This document shows, in pieces, positions 6,727 to 14,278 of a stretch of 55,561 nt of DNA. The position numbers and the translations under genes were made by a program. Each line of letters opens with the position of its first letter. Position 1 is the first letter of the stretch. Origin of the DNA: a virus (taxonomy: Duplodnaviria; Caudoviricetes); the IMG/VR virus record IMGVR_UViG_3300030333_004442, positions 1 to 55,561 of that record; one strand, given 5' to 3'. The notes beneath the pieces were generated by a model. It ran no database searches and was not told the origin of the DNA. It was given only the letters and a program-made list of their open reading frames with translations.

Positions 6727-8661
6727 TTATTCCTCTAGCTTGCTGTTTAAGCCATCAATCAGATTTTGAACTTCCTGTGACGAAAGCTCCCGATTAACTT
6801 CAAAAAGAAGTTTTTCATCGTCCTCACCGTAAATAGTTTCTGAAATCCCTTTTGATAAAGAAACTAAATCACCCAAACCCTTGAAAGTGTTCTGGGTTGT
6901 GTTTTGTGTGCTGTCATACGCCCACTTTGAACGGATAGAGCGTTTGCGTGCGCCCATATCTCTTGTGTCGTCTGTGACCTTGGTGTACATCTTCCCATTT
7001 GCGCCGGGGGTCGTATATGTCTCTCGCTTCGCGGGTGCCGCCAGAAGGTCGCCTGTCTCTGGCTCTTCTTCACCACCTTCTTCATCGCCGCCTCCAAGGT
7101 CACCGCCAAGACCACCGCCTTCGTCGCCGCCTCCAAGCTCATCACCGCCGCCCATGTCGCCGCCTTCAGCGCCACCAGCTTCTTCTTCGACCGGCTCATC
7201 TTCTTCGGCTGCTTTCTCAAGCTGTGCCTCAAATTTCTTATCATAGAACATTTCACGCTGTACTCGCAGCACCTCTTCTTCAGAGAGAGCAAAGATGTTC
7301 CGATAGACCCACTGCTTGGAGAAGTAGCCTTCTGTTGCCGCCCCTGCAACGTCAAACTTGGTGCGGAGATGTTCAAGCTCCTGCATCGCAGCAATCTGAG
7401 ATGGATTATTTAATTTCAGTTGAAAGGCAACGAGGTCGTCGCCTCGATAACCAAGAGTGTAAAGATGAATAATCCCAATCTTCTCAAGCTCGGCTACCAC
7501 TGAGCGTTGGAGCCTTTGAATTGTGCGAGCGAATCGAATATCTTTCTGAGCAAGAGTTGTCTTGTCCTCATCCGCTCCTTCACCACGGGATAGATACGAT
7601 TGCGGCACTTTGAGGGCTGCGAACAGCTTATCTCGCAGATATTTAACATCGTCAATATCTCCAGTGTAGCTTCCACCGGGCAGAGATTCAATTCTGGATG
7701 ACTCTCCACCACGAACGGGAATAAAGTAATCCTCGTCAATGCTCATTGGGTTGTATCGAAGGTCTACTCGCCCGGTTGAGCTATCCACAACCTGTGAACG
7801 CTTCATCTGAGTCATAACCTTCTGCATGTACTGCTCAACATCTTGTGGTGCGATGTTTCCGATATCAATATAGAACGCACGGCGCTCTGGAGAGCGTGTA
7901 ATACGATAGCTCATCATCGCATCTTCAAGGAGGTGCAACTGACGCCAGATGCGACGGGCTGGCTCCAAAATAGATGTACCATAGGGTGCGTACCGGTCGT
8001 TCCCCAAAATACGGAAATGGGCAACCTGCCAATTTTCAAAAGTCAGACCAGCAGAGTTCCACTGAAACTGGACATAGTTTGGATTGGTCGGGTCTTCGCC
8101 CTCAAGCCGCTCAACCTCTGCAACTGGCATGGGTACGAATGATTTGACGCCTGTAGTTTCATCAATATCGACATACAGAAAATAATCACCATACTTGCAC
8201 ATTGTACGACACCAGCCATACAAGTTGAAGTCGATGTTCAAAACATTTTTATAAAGCGTGAGAAGCGTACCCTTAATTTCTTCATTAACACACTCAATAT
8301 TAATGATGGGCTTCAACTCATTATGATACGTCATCTCATCGGCGTAAATATCCAATGCTGATGCAATAATGGGCTCGTATTCCATCTGGTCAAAGTCAAC
8401 ATACCGCTCATTCCTGAGCCGGTTGTTCATCGCCTCGGAAGTAATCTGCTCAAACGGATTATAGTGCGTTTTCTGGAATTGTTTACCAGAAGCAGACACA
8501 AATCGGGTCGCGTAATTGTCGAGCGCCTTTCTTCTAAATTTTCTTCGGTTCTGTTGTCTACGATTTACAATAGGACCAGAGAACAACCTTGTAAGCCTCT
8601 TGAAAAGTGCCGATTGTTCATTCTTGATGTTCTGATTATTGTTGATGTTGTCGTCAGCCAT
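6727..8661 (-). CDS. gp20: Portal vertex protein (T4 gp20-like)
   Basis: Motifs ALDIYADE, PYGTSILEPARRIWRQLHLLEDAMMSYRITRSPERRAFYIDIGN, EDYFIPVRG, IESLPGG, DDVKYLRDKLFAALKVP and DIRFARTIQRLQ; acidic Gly-rich C-terminal tail. Confidence 0.95.
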   Translation of the reverse strand: MADDNINNNQNIKNEQSALFKRLTRLFSGPIVNRRQQNRRKFRRKALDNYATRFVSASGKQFQKTHYNPFEQITSEAMNNRLRNERYVDFDQMEYEPIIASALDIYADEMTYHNELKPIINIECVNEEIKGTLLTLYKNVLNIDFNLYGWCRTMCKYGDYFLYVDIDETTGVKSFVPMPVAEVERLEGEDPTNPNYVQFQWNSAGLTFENWQVAHFRILGNDRYAPYGTSILEPARRIWRQLHLLEDAMMSYRITRSPERRAFYIDIGNIAPQDVEQYMQKVMTQMKRSQVVDSSTGRVDLRYNPMSIDEDYFIPVRGGESSRIESLPGGSYTGDIDDVKYLRDKLFAALKVPQSYLSRGEGADEDKTTLAQKDIRFARTIQRLQRSVVAELEKIGIIHLYTLGYRGDDLVAFQLKLNNPSQIAAMQELEHLRTKFDVAGAATEGYFSKQWVYRNIFALSEEEVLRVQREMFYDKKFEAQLEKAAEEDEPVEEEAGGAEGGDMGGGDELGGGDEGGGLGGDLGGGDEEGGEEEPETGDLLAAPAKRETYTTPGANGKMYTKVTDDTRDMGARKRSIRSKWAYDSTQNTTQNTFKGLGDLVSLSKGISETIYGEDDEKLLFEVNRELSSQEVQNLIDGLNSKLEE

Positions 8662-8668
8662 TTATTAT

Positions 8669-10255
8669 CTACCCCTTAAATAAGCTCGGAAATTCTTTCA
8701 TTAATTCTTCAGTCTGCTTTGCTTCCGCTTCATACTTCGTGCCACTATATCCTATCATACCTGATATCTTTGTGTTAAGTGTTGAATTCGTCTTTGTCAT
8801 AGCGTTCATAAAAGCCTTTCTGTACTCTGTATCCCTCTGATTGGAAACCAACGCCGTATCTCTCACCCAACATCCGATTGCCATCGACATAACAAGGTCA
8901 TCGTTATATCCCTTCATCGCTTCGGGCTTCCCGTTGTTCCACACAAAGGTTTTTAATTCATTATATAGTCTTGAGGACTTGACAGTAATTAGGTCGTTCC
9001 GCACAAACTCTTCCAGCTTTGCGATAATAAGCGGTCTGGTCTTCATCGAGGTGGTGAAACCCGGCACGGCATTTGACTGACTTCTGGCAGCATATGACTC
9101 CACATACTCATGGCTTCCCTTGGTGGAATAATATAAATTCGTATACTGCATATCCTCCAGCTTGGTCAACACGGCATATCCAACATTGTTGTTCTCAACC
9201 ACTATCATAGCGTTCCCAAACTGCTTGCCCGTATCGGAAAGAAACATGGCATACATATCCAACTCGACCTTGCCCTGATATTCGGCAACCTGTGTCATAT
9301 CTGTAATATCAATAACGTGAAATGCAGAATAATCACGACCATCACCTCTCGCTACGTCAGCCACCAATAAATATGAATGTTCTGGGTCGTATTCATCCCA
9401 CAGCCACAGGTTCCTATCAAAGCCCGCACGATGGCGCGGTGTTTGAACGATGCCCTCCATCTTCACAATATCATCTGGATGAATGACCGTCTCACCAGAC
9501 ATGTTGAAGTTACATTCTAACTCTTGAGCAACCTGCCTGCGGGACATATTCTTGGTTTCATTTTCAAACCATGCCAAGTCTCTATCAGGATGCACATCCC
9601 AAGGGAGCTTTGTCGGATAGAAATCATTTGACTGTTCCTCTGCGCCGACATAGGCTTGGTGGAACCAGTTACCAACACCATTAGGGGTGGAAAGGGCGAT
9701 ACACCGACCACCAGTTGACAGCGTTGGGTACAGACCTGTCCACAGTTCTTCAAGCCCATCGACGTGTGCTGCCTCGTCAATTACAAGAAGCGACAACGCC
9801 TCTGAACGACCAGCATCGGCACTAGTAGAAGATGCCTTAATCTGTGAGCCGTTGGTCAACTCAAACGATGTGCGGTTATCAACATTAATGCTTGCAATTC
9901 TAATCCAGTCTGGCAAATGCCGCATAATGTTTTTAACTTTCTTAACGAGGTTGGCTGCTGTACCGAACTTCGTCGCCATGACCAACACGTTCTTATCTCG
10001 GTGGAACAGCATCATCCAAACAACATAGCCCGCAGTGATGGTAGAGATACCAAGCTGGCGAGCCTTTAAGATTACATTGAAGCGATGGTCATTGAAGTCA
10101 CTAAGCAGTTGTTGCTGAAAGTCATAAGTCCGAAATGGAATCAGCCCGTGCATCGGGTGTGAAATTTTAGCGTAATTGTTTAAAAAATAGGTCGGGTCTT
10201 TGCCGCACTGGACAATCTCTTTCAGCATCTGTTGTTTCGTTAGTGGGTAAGACAT
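8669..10255 (-). CDS. terL: Terminase large subunit (T4 gp17-like)
   Basis: ATPase motifs LKARQLGIST, LLVIDEAAH and ALSTPNG; QELECNF; RNase H-like nuclease motifs LVADVARGDGRDYSAF, VENNNVG and NDDLVMS. Confidence 0.95.
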   Translation of the reverse strand: MSYPLTKQQMLKEIVQCGKDPTYFLNNYAKISHPMHGLIPFRTYDFQQQLLSDFNDHRFNVILKARQLGISTITAGYVVWMMLFHRDKNVLVMATKFGTAANLVKKVKNIMRHLPDWIRIASINVDNRTSFELTNGSQIKASSTSADAGRSEALSLLVIDEAAHVDGLEELWTGLYPTLSTGGRCIALSTPNGVGNWFHQAYVGAEEQSNDFYPTKLPWDVHPDRDLAWFENETKNMSRRQVAQELECNFNMSGETVIHPDDIVKMEGIVQTPRHRAGFDRNLWLWDEYDPEHSYLLVADVARGDGRDYSAFHVIDITDMTQVAEYQGKVELDMYAMFLSDTGKQFGNAMIVVENNNVGYAVLTKLEDMQYTNLYYSTKGSHEYVESYAARSQSNAVPGFTTSMKTRPLIIAKLEEFVRNDLITVKSSRLYNELKTFVWNNGKPEAMKGYNDDLVMSMAIGCWVRDTALVSNQRDTEYRKAFMNAMTKTNSTLNTKISGMIGYSGTKYEAEAKQTEELMKEFPSLFKG

Positions 10256-10263
10256 TCATTTCT

Positions 10264-10557
10264 CTACTTCTTCTTTTTTTCATATAGGTCATCATCGTCA
10301 AAGTCGCCGCTGTACATCATATCAGCATCCATCTGTGCTTCTTCATAAGCTTTGTACAACGCTTCCGCAGCTTCGGGGAATCTACTCTTGAGAGCATCCC
10401 GCACAGCCGCTGCCGTTGGGGGTTGTCCAGCCAGCGTATACCCAAGCTGCTTTGCAGCTTCTATTTGCTTCTTCCCTTGACCAGCGGTGATGTTTTCTTT
10501 CACAGCCTTATATTCTTCTCTGATAATCTGTTCGATTTGTTCTTTAGTGATTTTCAT
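10264..10557 (-). CDS. Hypothetical protein with MKITKEQIEQIIREE leader (putative internal head protein)
   Basis: The true start is likely ATG 10557 (SD AGGAG); 97 aa. Confidence 0.7.
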   Translation of the reverse strand: MKITKEQIEQIIREEYKAVKENITAGQGKKQIEAAKQLGYTLAGQPPTAAAVRDALKSRFPEAAEALYKAYEEAQMDADMMYSGDFDDDDLYEKKKK

Positions 10558-10567
10558 TTGTAAACTC

Positions 10568-11035
10568 CTACGATTGCTTCGACGCAACAAAATATTCTAC
10601 ATCAACTGATGCAGTGTTAGCTTGAGCAGCGATATTGTCCAGCGATGCAAATGCTGCAAAAGCTGAACCGTCTGTCTTTACCTCAAGCTTGTTATCATAA
10701 AACACCATCGTCTGCCCAGCAGCCAATTTAAAATATGCAGTATCCGCGCTGGCATCAATAAGCTGAAGTGTCACATAGTTGGTATCATCAAGGTTTGTGA
10801 TGCGAATATATTTAACATCTCCAGCAACATATGTTCCGGCAGAACCTGTGGAGCCGCTGTTATCAAAAGAAATTAAATTGGTTTGGGCTGAAGTTGGGAC
10901 ACGAATAATTCTCTGAGCGGTTGTGTTGATGCCAGCCACCGAGTACACATTATTATAAACATGTTCAACCCCGTTGACCTTCACAGCCTCAGTTACACTA
11001 ACTTGCAGCTTTCCAACTTTAACCTTCGTTGCCAT
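10568..11035 (-). CDS. Hypothetical beta-rich structural protein
   Basis: 155-aa ORF with SD AGGAG; VKYIRITNLDDTNYVTL...VDVEYFVAS shows a beta-sandwich-like pattern. Confidence 0.7.
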   Translation of the reverse strand: MATKVKVGKLQVSVTEAVKVNGVEHVYNNVYSVAGINTTAQRIIRVPTSAQTNLISFDNSGSTGSAGTYVAGDVKYIRITNLDDTNYVTLQLIDASADTAYFKLAAGQTMVFYDNKLEVKTDGSAFAAFASLDNIAAQANTASVDVEYFVASKQS

Positions 11036-11046
11036 CTCTTATACTC

Positions 11047-11556
11047 CTACTGTGGCACCGACTTTGCGCCGTCCGCTGCCATATGGGGAAGCGGTGCAGG
11101 CTCAACACCCTGCATCTGTGCGACCAAATCAGTAATCATTTCGTCAAGATACTCAAGCCGGTCAAGGATTGCTGGGTCTTCCGTCAGCCCAGCCATCTGA
11201 ACAATTTCATCACCAATCTTTTCAATCTGAGTGATTGTTCTGGAGTGGTCATCTCCTTCAGCGAGGTCATCGCCACCTTGGTTGTGCTTCTCAAGCGCAA
11301 CCATTGCGTCAACAATAATGTTTGCCTGCTTGATGACATAAGATGCATACTCGGAAGCAGAATCAGTCGAGCCTGCTCCTGCCATATCCTCTCCAGCCTT
11401 CAACAATCCCATTGCCGCGCCCTTAGCATCGTTCTGGTACTGCATGATAAGTCGGTCTGGTGCTTCAGACAAAGAGGTGCCACCATTGGGGTTGCGCCTA
11501 AGATTGTCCATTTCTTCTGCAATAATCTGCTTTAATCTTGTTTTAGTTACTTTCAT
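11047..11556 (-). CDS. Hypothetical protein with MKVTKTRLKQIIAEE leader (putative internal head protein)
   Basis: ATG 11556 lies 7 nt after AAGGAGG and overlaps the upstream TGA; acidic and helical. Confidence 0.7.
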   Translation of the reverse strand: MKVTKTRLKQIIAEEMDNLRRNPNGGTSLSEAPDRLIMQYQNDAKGAAMGLLKAGEDMAGAGSTDSASEYASYVIKQANIIVDAMVALEKHNQGGDDLAEGDDHSRTITQIEKIGDEIVQMAGLTEDPAILDRLEYLDEMITDLVAQMQGVEPAPLPHMAADGAKSVPQ

Positions 11557-12110
11557 CACTTGTCCTCCTTCTCGGCAGGGCGCTTGTCGTTCTTCGCCTT
11601 ACCCTTTCTACCTTGGTCGAGCCAGCTTCTGATAGACTTATCGAGCCTATCTTCGCTGCTGCCCTGAAGGGCTGGTTCAACATCTTCGCCCAAGGTGCCA
11701 ATCTCATAAATACAAGTGGCTTGGACCCAGTTGCGGTGGGCACCAACCGACTGAACATATGCATCCATGTCTCCAGACTTTTTCAAGTTGAGAGATGACT
11801 TGGTTACTTTGCGATATTCTTTCTTGATAAACGATGTGATGTTCTCAAGGCGACCGTAAAGGTCTGACTCAAAGTTTTTATCGTGGGCTTCTTCCATTGT
11901 CACTTCGCCATGATATTTGACTTGCAATTGATTGCCGACCATAGAAACACGAAAGCCATCCATGACACGGGGGTCGCGGATGCCTACTTCTTCTTCTCTG
12001 CGGAGCCCAATCTTGACTGGGTTTCCTTCTTCATCGAGGGCACCATCATGCGTGTTCGCAACTGCTTGTGAAATGCCTCTAACAATATCTAATACGCTCA
12101 TTTCAGCCAT
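11556..12110 (-). CDS. Hypothetical protein
   Basis: 184-aa ORF with overlapping start/stop on both sides. Confidence 0.75.
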   Translation of the reverse strand: MAEMSVLDIVRGISQAVANTHDGALDEEGNPVKIGLRREEEVGIRDPRVMDGFRVSMVGNQLQVKYHGEVTMEEAHDKNFESDLYGRLENITSFIKKEYRKVTKSSLNLKKSGDMDAYVQSVGAHRNWVQATCIYEIGTLGEDVEPALQGSSEDRLDKSIRSWLDQGRKGKAKNDKRPAEKEDK

Positions 12111-12780
12111 TTTTTCTTCTCTCCCTGAGTGCTTTTAATTTCCTGCGCCCGCGCTGTCTTCTAATCTCAGCAAGAGCAATCTTCTCAATATAATCCATTG
12201 CCTTCTTCAAGCTACCATCCTTAGTCTGACCTTGAATCTGGTCCCATTCATCAGCGACGGAATCAAGCAAGTCCAAAAGAGCAGGAGTATCGTCTGTCGG
12301 CTCTCCACCGCCTTCGCCTTCCGGTCCACCGCCGCCTTCGCCACCAGCCTTCTCCATTGCATCGCCCTGCTGACGAACCTGTGCAATCAGAGCATCAACC
12401 TTCTTGGCAGCTTCAGGGTCATCGGCTGCTTTATCCTTGAGTGCGTCAAGGTTAGCTTCCATGTCATCCATAGCCTCGCCAGCAGCTTCACCGCCATCGG
12501 AAGCCACGTCCTGAGCAAGCTCTTCAGGCTCTGGTACTTCATCGCCCAGAACCCCTTCTTTATCGGGTCCAAGCAAGTCTTCGATTACCTCTGCATAAGC
12601 CTTAAAGACATTCACATATGATTTGACGATTTTCTTTCCACCGCCTTTTAGTTTGTCCCAGAATCCTTCTTCCAGAACGCTGTCTCCATATTCCTCTTGG
12701 AGCATCGAAACAAATTCTTCTTTTACCACCCGCTCATATTGCTCTTGGGTGATGTTATATTTAGGGTCGCCAGCCGTCAT
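12103..12780 (-). CDS. Acidic hypothetical protein with ITQEQYERVVKEE leader-like motif
   Basis: Likely start MTAGD at 12780 (the track gives 12807). Contains LEEGFWDKLKG, an acidic body and a basic C-terminus. Confidence 0.7.
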   Translation of the reverse strand: MTAGDPKYNITQEQYERVVKEEFVSMLQEEYGDSVLEEGFWDKLKGGGKKIVKSYVNVFKAYAEVIEDLLGPDKEGVLGDEVPEPEELAQDVASDGGEAAGEAMDDMEANLDALKDKAADDPEAAKKVDALIAQVRQQGDAMEKAGGEGGGGPEGEGGGEPTDDTPALLDLLDSVADEWDQIQGQTKDGSLKKAMDYIEKIALAEIRRQRGRRKLKALRERRKNG

Positions 12781-13147
12781 TCCATCTTTCCTCTCTGTCT
12801 TGAACATAGTCTATGTAGCAAGACCAGCAACACTGAAATTTGGTCATGTACAAGTCGTCTTTCGGATTGAAAGAATAGTTTTTGCACACTGGGCAAACTT
12901 TAGTAGCGCGGTCTTCAGTGTTAAGTAGTTTCTTGGAAACAAAAACGCCATCATCGACCTCGACCTTTTCCGTCTTGGAGCGCCACAACCTCTCTTTCTC
13001 AGCCATCCCCTTTAGTTGGTCAAGATATTCAGCCTCCGATTCATCTGTCCAATCAGCTTTAGGGTTCTTGATGGCTTCTTCGCCATACTGCTCCTTTACA
13101 GCTTTTTCTATCTTTGCGATGCGGTCCCAATTCTTTTTTTCGCTCAT
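12761..13147 (-). CDS. Hypothetical protein with C-terminal Zn-finger-like CxxC...CCxxC
   Basis: Start MSEKKN at 13147 (ATGA overlap with the upstream stop); CPVC...CCWSC. Confidence 0.75.
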   Translation of the reverse strand: MSEKKNWDRIAKIEKAVKEQYGEEAIKNPKADWTDESEAEYLDQLKGMAEKERLWRSKTEKVEVDDGVFVSKKLLNTEDRATKVCPVCKNYSFNPKDDLYMTKFQCCWSCYIDYVQDREERWNDGWRP

Positions 13148-13620
13148 TGGTTCACCGCATATGTAATCCCAACTGTGACGCCCGCGCCCACAACAAATGA
13201 AGTTAAAATCGCAACCGGTAGAACCCAATCGGGTCGTTTATTAATTGCAATTTCTTCCAGTGACTCAATCCTTCTCAATTGAGACTCAAAGATTTCTTCA
13301 TGCATTGTTCGCTCTGATAAACGCAGTGCCTGTTCTGCGTCCAACTGCAACTGAACCCGCTGCAAAGAAAAATTAAAATTACTTTCAGCAATCGACAAAC
13401 TCAATGCATGGTCATACTGAATCTTGGTCATCGCATCGCCAGTCAACAAGATACCAGCGAAGGGTGCCGGTGCGCCCTCAGCTAAATCTGTCACCCTCAA
13501 ATCCAAATTCAAGCTCAACCCGGCTGGTGCTTCGGGTAAAGTCACTTCAGGGTCGTCTGCTACGGCAACTGTTGAAAACAAAAGAGACGCTGCTGTCATC
13601 ATAGCAATAATTTTCTTCAT
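13144..13620 (-). CDS. Secreted/membrane-anchored protein, possible spanin-like lysis component
   Basis: Type I signal peptide (MKKIIAMMTAASLLFSTVAVA|DD), a central coiled-coil and a C-terminal hydrophobic segment; no lipobox Cys. Confidence 0.55.
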   Translation of the reverse strand: MKKIIAMMTAASLLFSTVAVADDPEVTLPEAPAGLSLNLDLRVTDLAEGAPAPFAGILLTGDAMTKIQYDHALSLSIAESNFNFSLQRVQLQLDAEQALRLSERTMHEEIFESQLRRIESLEEIAINKRPDWVLPVAILTSFVVGAGVTVGITYAVNQ

Positions 13621-13628
13621 ATATACTC

Positions 13629-14051
13629 CTAATCTACTTTGGTCAAGCCATACTTCGCAGCCAACTCACCGACCACATGGTCAAGAGGCTTGTCGCGGTT
13701 CTCAAGTATTTCTCTTTCAAAGTCTTCACCGTGTTCTCTGATAATCTCGCCAACCGCTGCTTTCTGTTCTTCACTAAGACTATCCATTTTCTCGTTGAGA
13801 ATTCTCATAACTTCCTCGGTGCGCTCTTGGGCGCTCTGTCGAGAAGTGCGCTCTTCTTCTTCTGCCTGACGGCGAATATCCAAAACCTCTTTGGCTTTGT
13901 TACCGCGTGAGCCTGCAATAAAGCCGAAAACGCCGATGACCGCAGCTAAGAAAAATAGCCACTGGTCAACGACGAATTTCCAAGCCTTCTTACAGAATTC
14001 TTTTACTGCCAGCCAAGTTAACAAAACTATCCCCTTGGTCCGTGTTTCCAC
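13629..14051 (-). CDS. Membrane-anchored coiled-coil protein, i-spanin (Rz)-like
   Basis: A single N-terminal TM segment (WLFFLAAVIGVFGFIAG) followed by a charged helical region; overlaps the holin gene. Confidence 0.5.
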   Translation of the reverse strand: METRTKGIVLLTWLAVKEFCKKAWKFVVDQWLFFLAAVIGVFGFIAGSRGNKAKEVLDIRRQAEEEERTSRQSAQERTEEVMRILNEKMDSLSEEQKAAVGEIIREHGEDFEREILENRDKPLDHVVGELAAKYGLTKVD

Positions 14052-14230
14052 GCAGTAGCCATATCAACTAATGCTTGTGTGCCAATGTATGCCAATGTCA
14101 CAGCAACCCAATCGCTGCTACTAACCAGCCCATAACCACAGAGCCCAGTGGCTGTAAGCCATGCTAAAAACTTTCTTGAAATGAACCTCTCTACATGTTT
14201 ATCGGCTAATGCCTTAACTCTATCCATCAT
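14027..14230 (-). CDS. Putative holin (2 TM)
   Basis: 67 aa; SRKFLAWLTATGL and WVAVTLAYIGTQALVD hydrophobic helices match a common small-holin pattern; strong SD AGGGAGG. Confidence 0.65.
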   Translation of the reverse strand: MMDRVKALADKHVERFISRKFLAWLTATGLCGYGLVSSSDWVAVTLAYIGTQALVDMATAWKHGPRG

Positions 14231-14236
14231 TCAACA

Positions 14237-14267
14237 CCTCCCTGATGTGTTACTATAAATAGGGAGG
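14237..14267 (-). promoter_or_regulatory. Anti-SD hairpin sequestering the holin RBS, overlapping putative late promoter CTATTTATA
   Basis: Minus strand CCTCCCT-atttatagtaacacatc-AGGGAGG-tgttga-ATG: a perfect 7-bp inverted repeat whose 3' arm is the SD. Confidence 0.75.
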
Positions 14268-14278
14268 AAATGGTAAAG

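Noticed and set aside
7050-7215. GC-rich ccgccg-type repeats near the portal 3' end
   Set aside because: They simply encode the low-complexity Gly/Glu/Asp tail (GGGDELGGGDEGGG) often seen on portals of large phages.
14225-14230. Met-Met start of the holin as a lambda S-type dual-start (holin/antiholin) motif
   Set aside because: There is no charged residue between the two Met codons, so the products would differ by one neutral residue.
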